DNA of 20,000 bases from Thraustochytrium aureum (GCA_012862495.1 BLSG01000157.1:86948-106947), one strand, 5' to 3'. Numbered from the stretch's first letter, positions 8,816 to 19,052 are shown. Notes: generated by a model from the letters alone, not told the origin. Numbers and translations are program-made.

Positions 8816-11800
8816 CTAGCGAATCTGGAGGTCCGCCAGCTTGGCTTCGAGCGCAGCTGCAACAGCGACGTCGCCAGCGCTCGTCGACTCGGCGTTGGCT
8901 TCGCTGTCTGCGGCGCCAGCCTCGCCAGAAGATTCCCAAAGCGCAAGCCAACGCCTCGCCCAGGTCATCTTGGCCTCGTCCCAATCTGCACCGCCGATCG
9001 ACTCCTCAAGGCTTTCAAACCCCAGCTCCTCCAAGCAAAGTCGTCGGCCGGCCGCGGCCTGCAGACGACTAGTATCATCAAGGCAGGCAGAGTCGTCGAG
9101 AAGAACGCGAGCGCGCAGGAGCTCGGCGAGACCATCAAGCACTGCACCGCGACGAACTGGTGACGCTCGAGCGCAGGCGACGAGGAGCTCGGCCGCGAGT
9201 CGCGACGCAGGCGCCTCGGCGGCTGGTTTGTCCATGGCAATGTAGTTGAGTAGCATGTCGCTCGCCATGTCCGCGTTCTTCTGCAGGTGGTCCTTTACAC
9301 TCGCAAACACGAGCTCGCTTACCGGTTCGTCAATGACCGTCCTCGCCGCATTAAAGGCCTCCGCATCGCCCAGGTGCAGCGCTAGGCAGAGCAGCGCCCT
9401 GAACTGGGAAGCAAGGGAATGAAGGCGCCCTGTCGCAATAAAGTGCGCGTCAACCGCCGAACGGCCGCCTGAAGTTGAAACAAGCCCAGCCAGGGTACGT
9501 AGCACCTCCACGTGCGCGAGGCGGAGCGAGGCGTGGCCCTGGCTTGCTCGCACGAGCGCTGTCGGCGTCACTGCTTGACAAATCTCCGTGAAATGGGCGA
9601 GAACCCGGGCTTGCTTTGAGCCGCCCAACATCGAGTTGAGGATGACAAGGGCGCGGGCCCGTGCGTCCCATTGGGCTGCAGCGCTGCTCGCTTCGGTGCC
9701 TTGCTCGCCGGCAATAAGCGGAAGCAAGAGCGGCAGGTATGCGTCTGTGTCAACGTACCGACCGGCCATGTTTGCGCAGAGTTTCACCTTGTCGCCCACA
9801 ACGGGGTCGCTGGCGAGCTGCACGAGGGTTTGCACCAGGCGGTGCAGCTCCATCGTGACCTTCTCCTCCGTGTACACAAGAGTCGAGAGGAGCAGCCCGA
9901 TAGCGTGCTCCTTTGTAGTTGTTTTCCAGTCTCCCAGCTCGCGGAGGACGGTGAACAGGAAGCGCCGGCTGTGCTGGCGTACGTACAAGCGCGTTCCGAG
10001 CCCCGGCCGCTTGTGCCATGGCGCCGGAAGGGCCGACTCGTAGTTGGCACGGCCTTGCGCGCCGTCTACGCCGTACTGGCGCTTCTCGAGGATGTCGTCG
10101 CGGTGCTCGTCCTCGTACTGTTTACCAAGCTCGGCAAGCGTGGCCAAGCCCAAGCGCTGAGCAGCTTCGTTGGTGTCCGTCAGCGAGGAGAGCAGAAACG
10201 GCAAAAGCCGCGGGGCGTGGTCCCACCGGTCGAGCAAACTGGTCATCCAGGTTGCGATGACATTGTAGAAAGCGAGCCGTACAGATGCGTTGGGGTCCGT
10301 GACGACGTGCCCAAAGTAGTTGAGCCGCGTCTCGCCCTGATAGAACGCGCACAGGGGGATCACGTTGTCTTCACGAAAGCCAACGAGGTCTGCAATAGCC
10401 TCAGTGCCCCCGCCACGCTGCTTGTTATGAAAGGGGCAGGCGACAAGGGCGCCAACCGCCTCTAGCGCCGCGATGCGGACGCGGGCCTGCCTGTGACGAA
10501 GCGACGGCGCCAAGGACCGCGTCAGCGCTGTGCAGTAGTGATGCATAGTGTTTGCAAACTGCGGTTGCTCTGCAAGCTTGCGCAGCCAGCCAAGGCCCTC
10601 GATGCGCAGGCCGGGGAACGGATCCACCGCACAAGCGTGAAAGAACATGACCGCGTCGTGAAAGTAGGGCCCGAGCATCGAGTGCAGCCCCCTCGTCGTT
10701 AACGAGTCAACGACGGTGCCGAGCATGCGGCAGAGCAAGAGGCGCACCTCCTCCGAAGGCTCACGGACGCTGTGCACGTACGTAACCCCTGCGTCAGGGA
10801 GAGGAACGGCNNNNNNNNNNNNNNNNNNNNNNNNNNNNNNNNNNNNNNNNNNNNNNNNNNNNNNNNNNNNNNNNNNNNNNNNNNNNNNNNNNNNNNNNNN
10901 NNNNNNNNNNNNNNNNNNNNNNNNNNNNNNNNNNNNNNNNNNNNNNNNNNNNNNNNNNNNNNNNNNNNNNNNNNNNNNNNNNNNNNNNNNNNNNNNNNNN
11001 NNNNNNNNNNNNNNNNNNNNNNNNNNNNNNNNNNNNNNNNNNNNNNNNNNNNNNNNNNNNNNNNNNNNNNNNNNNNNNNNNNNNNNNNNNNNNNNNNNNN
11101 NNNNNNNNNNNNNNNNNNNNNNNNNNNNNNNNNNNNNNNNNNNNAGAAGCATGACGGCCAGCTCGCGGCACTTTTCCGCTGGGTCTGCGAGACGCCGAAG
11201 TAGCGGTTTCTGCAGCTCGTGGAATGTAGTCTCGAGGGGGCCTTCCCGGAGCGCGCTCTTGCCGTCTTCAGAAAACAAAAGGCGGCCAAGGCGCTCAAGG
11301 GCGCGCTTTCGAGAACCCACGTCCTCTGTACTAATCAGGTTGATGTCGCGCTGAAGGACGCGGAGCACTAGCTCAGGGCTCTCGAGAACGTGATTAGGAA
11401 GCTTCGCAGCACCTTCTGTGCTGGTCGACTCTTCCAGCTTTTCGGTGAGGTTGGCTTTCGCGCCGTCTTCGTCCTCTTCCATGCGTTCGTCAGTTGGGCT
11501 TGCGGCAGCGGGGTCGGGGCTACCCGGCTCTCGCTCGCACGAGGCTGCCTTGCGCTCGTCAAGCTGGCGCCTGCTCAAAATGTGCCCGTTCCCAGACCTT
11601 GGCGCGGCTTTCTTCTTCCCCTTCTTCCCCTTCCCTCCGCCCTTTACGGACACCGCGCGGCCGCTCAGAATGGCTTGCAGCTCTTTGTCGCGGCTCGTCT
11701 GTACTGTGGCTGTCCTTTCGGCAGTTTTCGCCTTGACCATCTCCGCGCGGTCAGCGGCGCACAGCTCGGCCCACGCATCCGCGGCACGCGCCGCCGCCGC

Positions 11801-11819
11801 CGCTCGCACCTCCCGCCAT
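8816..11819 (-). CDS. DNAAF5: Dynein axonemal assembly factor 5 (HEATR2), HEAT-repeat protein
   Basis: Ordered motifs match DNAAF5 as I recall it: LQRDINLISTEDVGSRKRALERL, KPLLRRLADPAEKCRELAV, EPSEEVRLLL, DPFP, LRHRQARVRIAALEAVG, DPNASVR, WMTSLLDRWDHAPRLLPFLLSSLTD, RPGLGTRLYVR, ELGDWKTTTK, LVYTEEKVT, GRYV. The gene spans the gap 10811-11145. Start is uncertain: first in-frame ATG is 11740, while ATG 11819 gives MAEVRAAAAAR if one G is removed at 11812-11814. Confidence 0.85.
10811..11145. other. Assembly gap (335 N) inside DNAAF5
   Basis: Run of N. Confidence 1.
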
Positions 11820-12004
11820 CCCGTTGCAGCTCCGTCAGCCGAGGCGTCGCTGGCGAGTCTTGTCGTCTGGCGGGCTCAGATTCAGGATCGACGGCCGGAT
11901 GGAGGCCCGAAATCCTTCGCAAAACTCAGCCGAGCGGCGCACAGGCCTCGACGCCCAGCCCACGCGCTAGTCCAGGCGCCTGTCCGTGTCGAAGGCCTCG
12001 ACTA

Positions 12005-12022
12005 CCTGCCTGCCTGCCTGCC
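12005..12022 (+). repeat. (CCTG)4 microsatellite
   Basis: cctgcctgcctgcctgcc. Confidence 0.8.
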
Positions 12023-12334
12023 TTGCGGAAGCGACGGGATGCGGGTCTGGTGGCGTGGTGTTTTTGGGACAGTTTCCGTTCGGGCTCACCGGAAAAAGCG
12101 GGTTGCTGGAGGGACGGCGGACTGTGCCTCCGCCGTGCTGGCGATTGACGGCTCTGCGCGTGGCGCAGCTCTGGTTGGCGCTGAGGATAAGGCGCTCACG
12201 GCGGCGGGCCTTCAAGGCCTACTAGTTTGTGTTGGTGTGCTTGGTTTGGATGTTTGGGTTTGGAGACATTTTGCATGGAGGTTGTGTGGAGTGCTTGTGC
12301 GTCGGCTCAGGCATGCTGCGCCAGGCGTGCCATT

Positions 12335-13108
12335 TCAAGGCATGACGCGAACGGCCTCAAGGGACTGCAGCTGAGCTAGTCGCCTCGTGATTGCGGCCTG
12401 GGAGGAGCCGGGGCCCGTGCTGAGGATGGGTTCGGAGGCACCGTCGGCTCGAAGGCTGTCCGGAATAAGGTACTGCGGCACGTGAACGCTGTCGTCTGCG
12501 CCTGGGAGCGCGGCGGGCACGCCTAGTTGCTTGCGTTTCGAGAGCGCGGCGAGGTCTGCGTCAGCCTTTTCCAGGTCAACCTCGATCTGCTCCAGCTCCG
12601 CTTGGTGACGAAGGATCTCCTTGTCGATGTTGCGCATGAGCTTGGCGTTTTTGGCGTTTTGCGCTGCCAACTCCCTGCGGGCCGACGCGCCGTTAGCTTG
12701 TGTTTCGAACCCGCTCGCGCTGCACGGGGCCTAGGCATGGCGAACTTACTTGATTCTCGCAGACAGGCTCGGGTACCGGTTCGCGTACGGCACGGACGGC
12801 ATTGGAACGCGCAACGTCGGAAACTCCTCGACAGCGCGGTCGCAAACTAGTGTCAAGTAGCGCAGCAGCCGCTCTTTGCCGTCATCGTCCAGCTCAGCTG
12901 CATCCTCGAGAGTGAGGATGATTGGGCAGACGCCGCGCATGACCGACTCTGCAAAGTCCTCTACGAGCGGCTGCAGCGCCTTCCAGCTCCTCGATTCCAC
13001 TTGGTGCTCTTCCCCCTGCTCGCTCCGCTTGCGTCGTCGCGCGCGCGCCCCTGGTTCGCCAACCGCGTCGCCGTCGCCACGAGCCAATCGCCGTTTGGAG
13101 CCCGCCAT
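12335..13108 (-). CDS. Two-exon gene (13108-12750, 12674-12335; 232 aa), CENP-Q/Okp1-like coiled-coil protein
   Basis: Splicing the intron 12749-12675 joins ORF 12746..13108 to ORF 12335..12670 in frame (AA|G GAG TTG, reading ...SARIKELAAQNAKNAK...). Gene structure is well supported. The CENP-Q identity rests on a by-eye match of SWKALQPLVEDFAESVMRGVCPIIL...KERLLRYLTLVCDRAVEEFPTLRVP followed by a coiled coil. Confidence 0.75.
12675..12749 (-). other. Spliceosomal (U2-type) intron, 75 nt
   Basis: Minus strand shows donor GTAAGT at 12749, branch site GCTAAC at 12697-12692 and acceptor CCGCAG ending at 12675. Removal eliminates the in-frame TAA and keeps frame. Confidence 0.9.
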
Positions 13109-13271
13109 TTCCGAAACCGCGAGTCAAGCCGGTCTAGCCACTGAGCGCTTCGCCACAGCGCCCGAGTGCGCTATCCAACCAGCCCCGCGCACAAGCTCCG
13201 CAAGCGCGCCCACGCACGCGGACGAGTCTGCACTGCCGATCGCTCGTTTCGCTCTCCCTGTTGGATGGATG

Positions 13272-13296
13272 TTTTTTTTGTTTTTTTGTTTTTTTT
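13272..13296. promoter_or_regulatory. Interrupted poly(dA:dT) tract in a divergent intergenic region
   Basis: T8-G-T7-G-T8 in a GC-rich background, about 165-190 bp upstream of ATG 13108. The regulatory role is inferred. Confidence 0.4.
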
Positions 13297-13336
13297 GAAA
13301 AACGCCCGCCTGCCCGCGAGCCAAACCCAATCCTTG

Positions 13337-13365
13337 CAGCGCCTTGCAGCCACAGCAGAAGCCGC

Positions 13366-13397
<32 letters not shown>

Positions 13398-13586
13398 ACG
13401 AGCCCCCGGCATGCCAACCGCGGCATGCCAACCGCGGCGCAGCGGGCGGGCGCGCTCTGGCGCGTGGGCGTCGTTGGCCTGAACACGCTCTTGGAATCCA
13501 AGCCGTCCAGCGCCGCGCAGCCGCAGCAGAAACAGGTTGTCATCGTCGTCGTCTTCAGCGCCGTCGTCGGCACGCCAATCGCGGCG
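13337..13586. repeat. Degenerate direct duplication (offset 171 bp) containing (GTC)n tracts and a 14-bp tandem repeat
   Basis: cagcgccttgcagccacagcagaagccgctcgtcgtcgtc...cggcatgccaaccgcggc at 13337 versus cagcgccgcgcagccgcagcagaaacaggttgtcatcgtcgtc...cggcacgccaatcgcggc at 13508. cggcatgccaaccg occurs twice at 13407-13434. Confidence 0.75.
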
Positions 13587-14084
13587 TAGTAGCTGGCGGG
13601 CGCGGCGCGTTGGGGACATGACGACGACGGCGATTTTTCGGCAAGCCCGGACCTTCCAGCGCGCTGTACCCGCAGCATAAGTCGGTCGTCGCCGGCGCAA
13701 AATCCTCGTCGTGCCTGCTGCGGCGCGCGCCCATGGGCGCTTCAGCTCGGCAGTCAGTCGTGCCGTGGGACGGACGCTCGGCGCGTGATCAAACAATTGC
13801 CCAAAACCACGTTGGCTGAACCTGAAAGCGTTCCGCAAAAGTTTACCGTTACTGCCAGCGAAAGTGCTGCTCGAGTTGTTGGTGGCAGTGCTGCATGGCT
13901 GGGCAGCGAGACGGCCGCGCTGTCATCGAGCAGAGCTTGCCACAATCGGCTAGAGTCGCTTGGGCACAGTCACGCACGTGACGAGACACCATCGGGCGAT
14001 CGATCACCGTCGTGGAGGCGCACAAGCGTGCGCAAAGACACGAGCGACCGCGCACGGGTTGAAGCCGCAACGGTGGAGCAGACA

Positions 14085-16783
14085 ATGTACGCGACGGCGA
14101 GCTATGCGCGCGAAAGCGAGGCGCTCGATGATAACCCCAAGTTTCTGAAGCGCAAGGTGAAGTCTGGCGTGGTGAGCGCCGATTTTCGCAAATGCGACCT
14201 GATCCTGACGTACGAGGTCGAGGCCACCGTGGTCGGCGACAGCGGCCGCGCCATCCAGACAGAGCGCAAGACGCACAAAAGCGCTCTCGGTGTGAAACTG
14301 CATGCGCACACAGACGTCCGCGCGTACGCGCGCCAGCTGGTTGAGTCGCAGGACCTTATCCCCAACAACAAAGTCGACCACGTTGAGGATCTCCTGCATC
14401 AACTGAAGGAGCACATCCTCGAAGACAGACACCGCGGGGACTCTATGACCAAGATTAAACGCGACGTCGCAAAACAGAAAAAGGAAGACGAGCGGCGCCG
14501 GCGCCGCGAGGAGAAGAAGCGCCTCGAAGAGGAAAAGGCCAAAGAAGAGCAGGCCACGGCCAGCATGGACGAGCTTGACGAGTACGTGGAGAAGCTGTAC
14601 GACGAAGACACCAAGGCCAAGATCCGCGGGACCAGCATGATCCTCCAGCTCGCCAGAGAAGCCGGCAACCTTGAGGATATGCTGGAGAACGATGGACTCA
14701 TGGGCGCGTTGTCGCGCACCCTGAAGGAGGACTACAAGAAAAGCACCGAGCTGGCGACAAGCATCATGAACGTCTTCGTGTCTTTCAGCACGTTTTCGCA
14801 GTTCCACCTGTGCCTGCACGGCTACCAGGTCGGCAACAACTCGATGCAGGTCGTCAAGTGGGAGCTCGAGCGCTTCGCAGCGCGCCAGCGCGAGATGGAG
14901 GTCCTCGAGGAAGTCGCGCTAGCGCAGGCCCGCGGCGAGGACTACGACCCGCGCCGCAAGCACCATGGCGAGCCGGTCGACCTCGCGGCGGAGCGGCACA
15001 AGACCGAAAAACTGCAGCGCAAGCAAGACAAGCTGCTCGTCGTGAGCCTCCACGTGCTCATCAACCTTGCCGAGGACGAGAAGGTGGAGAAGAAGATGGC
15101 CAAGCGCGGCCTCGTCACCGACATAGCGCGCGTTCTCAGCGGGAGGTCGAGCACGAGCTCCGAGCTTCTCATCCTGACCGCCACCTTTCTGAAAAAGCTC
15201 TCGGTGACGCGGGAAAACAAGGACGAGTTGCTGGAGGTTGGCGTGGTTGAACATCTGTCCAAGTTTCTTTCCTGCTCGAACGACACGCTGCGCAAACTTG
15301 TTCTCTCCGTCCTGTTCAACCTGTCGTTCGACATGCGCGCGAGAGAACAAATGGTCAACCAGTCGATGATCCCCGTTTTGGTGGACCTGCTGCAAGAGAA
15401 GGCGTTCCGCGCGGTGGCGCTTCGCCTTCTTTACCACTTGTCGATGGACGACAAGAGCAAGTCGATGTTTACCTACACGGAGGTGATCCCGTACATGATG
15501 CGCATGATGATCGATTTCCCTGCCAACCACGTGGCCAAGGAGCTCGGCGCTCTCGCGATCAACCTGAGCACGCACGGACGCGTTTGCGCCGCGATGTGCG
15601 AGGGCAACGGCTTCAAGCACCTGGCCGAGCGTGCGCTGAAGCGGGGCGACCCGCTTCTCCTAAAAGTGGTCCGCAACGTCTCCCGCTGGACGCTCCACAT
15701 GCAGGAGGCGTTGCCAGACCCAGACTCTGACGCGAGACCGAGCTCTCGCGAAAATGACATGAGAGCGAGTGGCAGTGCCACGGCAAGGCGAACCGCAGAG
15801 GAGGAACTTCGGGTTGCCGAGGCAGAGATGCAGGAACGAAAGCAGCGCGCCGCGCGCCAAACGTACAAGTACAAGCGCCTCTGGGAGGCGCACTTGCAGG
15901 ATATTGTCAAGCTTGCAAAAGCGAGCGAGAGCCCTGCCGTAATGGTGGAAGCGCTCGGGACGTTCAAAAACCTGACGCCGTCGGACTTGCCGCGGGGTAC
16001 CAGCTTTGCGGATATCATCCTCGAGCACGACCTGGTCGAGTTCCTGCACAAGCACATGCTGCCCGGGTTTTCGGAGGACGACGTGCTGCTAGAGATCATC
16101 ATGCTCTTGGGACAGCTCTGTTTGGACCCGGCGGCAGCGAGGGTCCTTGCCACCTCCCCTTTGGTCAAGCTGACCTACGACCTGCTCCACGAAAAGCGAG
16201 ATGATGCCGAAATGGTCCTGCAAACCCTGTTCACCTTTCACCGGCTTTTGCGGCACCGGGACACGGGCCACGCGCTTCTGTACGAGACGCAGATGCCCCG
16301 TGATGTGTGCGACCTTCTTCGGTACAAGAACAAGGTTGTCCAGGTCATGGCAGACAACCTCTTGGACGTAATCATCGACCACGACGAGGCGAAGAGACTG
16401 CGATGACCATCAACAGGCGAATGGCGCGAAAGGCCATGTCCGAGTCGCGAAGGGCTTCGTCCGAGCAAAAGGGCGCCGCACCGGACGAGGACGAGGAGGA
16501 CGACGGCATCATGCTCGACCCGAACACGGCAGGTTTTCCGGAGCTGCGCGGCAGTCTTTCCAAGATGATTCGAGCAAAGCGGTTCGAGATCCTCAACAAG
16601 GAGTGGATCGAGGTTGTCGCGCAGGAGGATTTGGACGACCTGGAGGAAGGAACCGAGCCTGACTTTGCCGACTCGGGGTCGCCCTCGGCCTACCGAGGGT
16701 ACACGGTGGGCGGCGCGCACGGGCTGGGCGAGGAGGACTTTTTGGACGAGAGCGACGACGACGACGAGTCGACAGAGTACTAG
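14085..16783 (+). CDS. KIFAP3: Kinesin-associated protein 3 (KAP3/FLA3), armadillo-repeat subunit of heterotrimeric kinesin-II
   Basis: KFLKRKVKSG...LILTYEVEATVVGDSG, ASMDELDEYVEKLYDEDTKAKIRGTSMILQLAREAGNLE, GALSRTLKEDYKKSTELATSI, FSTFSQFH, KQDKLL...LINLAEDEKVEKKM, TFLKKLS...ENKDE, LFNLSFD, LLYHLSMDDKSKSMFTYTE, DPLLLKVVRNVS, EDDVLLE, DDAEMVLQ. The C-terminal motif IRAKRFEILNKEWIEVV lies in ORF 16307..16783, reached by adding one base at about 16388 (GAG GGC GAA). First ATG 14085. Confidence 0.95.
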
Positions 16784-16981
16784 CTAGCTACTTACACACA
16801 GCCTCTAGCTAGAGAGATCTGCGGTTCGCGACTCGCTACTTGCGGAGTGGGAGCGAGCGGTGCCCGACGGTGCTCCTCCGGGCGCAAGCACGCGGGCGGG
16901 TCTTCGCCCGTTCCAAAGAAACACGCTCGGCACTGCACCAACAAAAATAACAGAGGTTTACCATTTCAACAAACAAAGCGC

Positions 16982-18704
16982 TCACGCCTCGACAACGGAA
17001 GCGGGCAACGGCGACGATCGCCCACTCCCTCCACTCGCCTCGCCCAACGACCCAGGCGCTGCTGGCGTTGCCATTGGCGGAGCAATATAGTCCCACTGAG
17101 AGAAAGATGGCGTGCGCGCCCCGAAAGCTGACGCAGTATTCGGCGCGCGGTCAGACTGCCCGCGTCGGCGCGTCTTGGGCCTCGTCGGGCCGGTCAAGAC
17201 CTCTTGCGAGACCTGCAGATTCTCGTCAATCGGCGAGCGCGTGAAGGAGCCGTGAAAGTTTTGCGTGTCGAACCCGACCGCGCTGTTGGGCGCGCGCTCC
17301 GAAGCTGCACCGGCGCAGGGCGGGCGCTTGCACTAGCCAAGTTTTTCCAATCCACGGATGCGAAGAATGCGTGGCGCGTCAGCTCTGCAAAGCCTCCCTG
17401 TAGAGAGGAGCCAAGCCGAAGCTCGGGATTGCGACACAAAAGCCTCCTGATGATGTCCTTGGCAGAGGTGGAGAGGCGCGAGCCGGAGGGAAACGCGAGC
17501 GGGCGGTTCAGAATTGCCTCGCACATACGCTCCATGTTGGTGTGGTGGAATGGCGCATGGCCACACAGCAGGTCAAACATGAGCGTTCCAAGACTCCAAT
17601 AGTCTATTGAAAAGCCATAGCCGTTCCCGGTGCGCCCCCCATGGCGGATCATTTCAGGCGCGATATACGCCGGAGTCCCGCAAATGGATCGCGCCCCGCG
17701 CCACTCGCCAACCTGGGGCGCCGCGAGCCCAAAGTCTGCGAGGCGGATGTGGCCGAGCGCGTCCAAGAGTACATTTTCGCTTTTCAGGTCGCGGTATGCG
17801 ACGTTGTGACGGTGGAGGTGGTTGAGAGCGCAGGCGATCTCGCTGCAGTAAAAGCGGACCTGCGCTTCGTCGAACCGGTTGGCCTTTTCAAGATGGTAAA
17901 AGAGCTCCCCACCCGGGCAAAACTCGCTGACAATGCACAAGTAGTCTGGCGTCTGGAAAGCGTGCTCCAGCCCCAGGATGAACGGATGGGCCCCACACTC
18001 TAACATGACGCGCTTCTCGTCGTTGACGAGCCGCTGCTTTCGCGCGGAGACGAGCTTGCGCTTTGGCAGGATCTTGATTGCGCAGGCCCCGCCCGTTGCG
18101 CGCCGCGCGAGGAAGACCTTGCCGAACGAGCCTTTGCCCACGAGCGAGAGCAGCTTGTACTGGCCGATGTGGGTCTCGACTCCGCCGTCTGCGCTCTTGA
18201 CGCGGCGGATCGACTCTGGCTCAGAGTAGCGCCTGGTCGCCGAGTGCTCCACGAACCGGTCAACGCCTGAGTCGCGCTGGCCCGAGCTGCCGCTGCTTCG
18301 GGCCCCCAGGATGACGATGCGCCTGGAGCTGCATCGGCGCTGTGCGGCCGCGATGGCTGATCCGATGAGGCAGTGCTGGATCCAGGGCTCTGCTCGGCCT
18401 GGCGCGGGAGCCTGAGAGGGCGCAGCTTGTTCCGCCGCGCGCCGAAGAGGCTCTTCAGCAAGCTCGGCTTCTTCTGCGCCTGCCCCGGTTTGCTCGCCGC
18501 GTGCGGCGCCGCAGCCCCGGTCGCCCTCGCTTCAAACAGCGCCTCGTCCCTCTTCGCCTTGCGCACCTTGCTGGCGCTCCCGGCGCCGGCCCACGGCCAC
18601 GCGTGTCCGAACGGCAAGCACGTCCCAGCGCGCGACTTGGGGCTCGCGCTCTCGCCCACTTTCCAAGCCTTGCCGGGCCGGCCCTCGCGGGTCGCCGCAC
18701 CCAT
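16982..18704 (-). CDS. AGC-group Ser/Thr protein kinase (Akt/SGK/S6K-like catalytic domain), two frameshifts
   Basis: GKGSFGKV, AIKIL, HPFILGLEHAFQT, EFCPGGELFYHL, YRDLKSENVLLD, DFGLA, SICGTPAYIAPE, DYWSLG, HAFFASVDW. The AGC tail (DTQNFHGSFT at 17269-17240; FSQWDYI at 17104-17084) is in the frame ending at TGA 16982 and needs a shift at about 17300. The N-terminal extension from ATG 18704 joins by adding one G to the run at 18303-18307. The true start could lie in or beyond the adjacent gap. Confidence 0.9.
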
Positions 18705-18716
18705 CGCGCGCCGGTC

Positions 18717-18860
18717 NNNNNNNNNNNNNNNNNNNNNNNNNNNNNNNNNNNNNNNNNNNNNNNNNNNNNNNNNNNNNNNNNNNNNNNNNNNNNNNNNNNN
18801 NNNNNNNNNNNNNNNNNNNNNNNNNNNNNNNNNNNNNNNNNNNNNNNNNNNNNNNNNNNN
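18717..18860. other. Assembly gap (144 N)
   Basis: Run of N. Confidence 1.
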
Positions 18861-19033
18861 AGCCTCCTGCAGCTGGTGCGGCTCGTGGCCCTGCGAATCG
18901 GCTGGGATGGCGGCACTACCGGACTATCACGGTGGGGAGGTACCCCACTCTCACTCGGCCGGGAGGAGGGGACTCTCGAGCCTTGCTTGCCTGCTGCCGC
19001 TGGCGTGTGAGAGGTGGGGAGGAGGACGGAGGA

Positions 19034-19052
19034 GGCAGGCAGGCAGGCAGGC
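19034..19052 (+). repeat. (GGCA)4 microsatellite
   Basis: ggcaggcaggcaggcaggc. Confidence 0.8.

Noticed and set aside
7727..11354. Long ORFs crossing N runs
   Set aside because: Their length is an artefact of translating N as X.
13337..13586. CRISPR-like array or MITE
   Set aside because: There are only two degenerate copies, with no identical repeats and unique spacers, no terminal inverted repeats or target duplication, and no cas or transposase genes.
13785..14084. 100-aa N-terminal extension of KAP3 from a GTG start
   Set aside because: It is a non-ATG start in a eukaryote, and homology begins just after ATG 14085.
16368..16396. 29-nt GTAATC...AG micro-intron that would restore the KAP3 frame
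   Set aside because: It would delete VIIDHDE, which matches conserved KAP3 sequence, and there is no branch site. A one-base deletion error is simpler.
16781..16814. Palindromes TAGCTAGCTA and CTCTAGCTAGAG after the KAP3 stop
   Set aside because: They are short, simple TAGC repeats in a 3' UTR with no evidence of function; bacterial-type terminators do not apply here.
184..18704. Pseudogene cluster
   Set aside because: Catalytic and family motifs are intact, with no nonsense decay, and the lesions are single-base indels mostly in homopolymers within a gappy assembly.
18932..18948. Hairpin GTGGGG-AGGTA-CCCCAC
   Set aside because: A 6-bp stem is expected by chance at this GC content, and no ncRNA context is visible.
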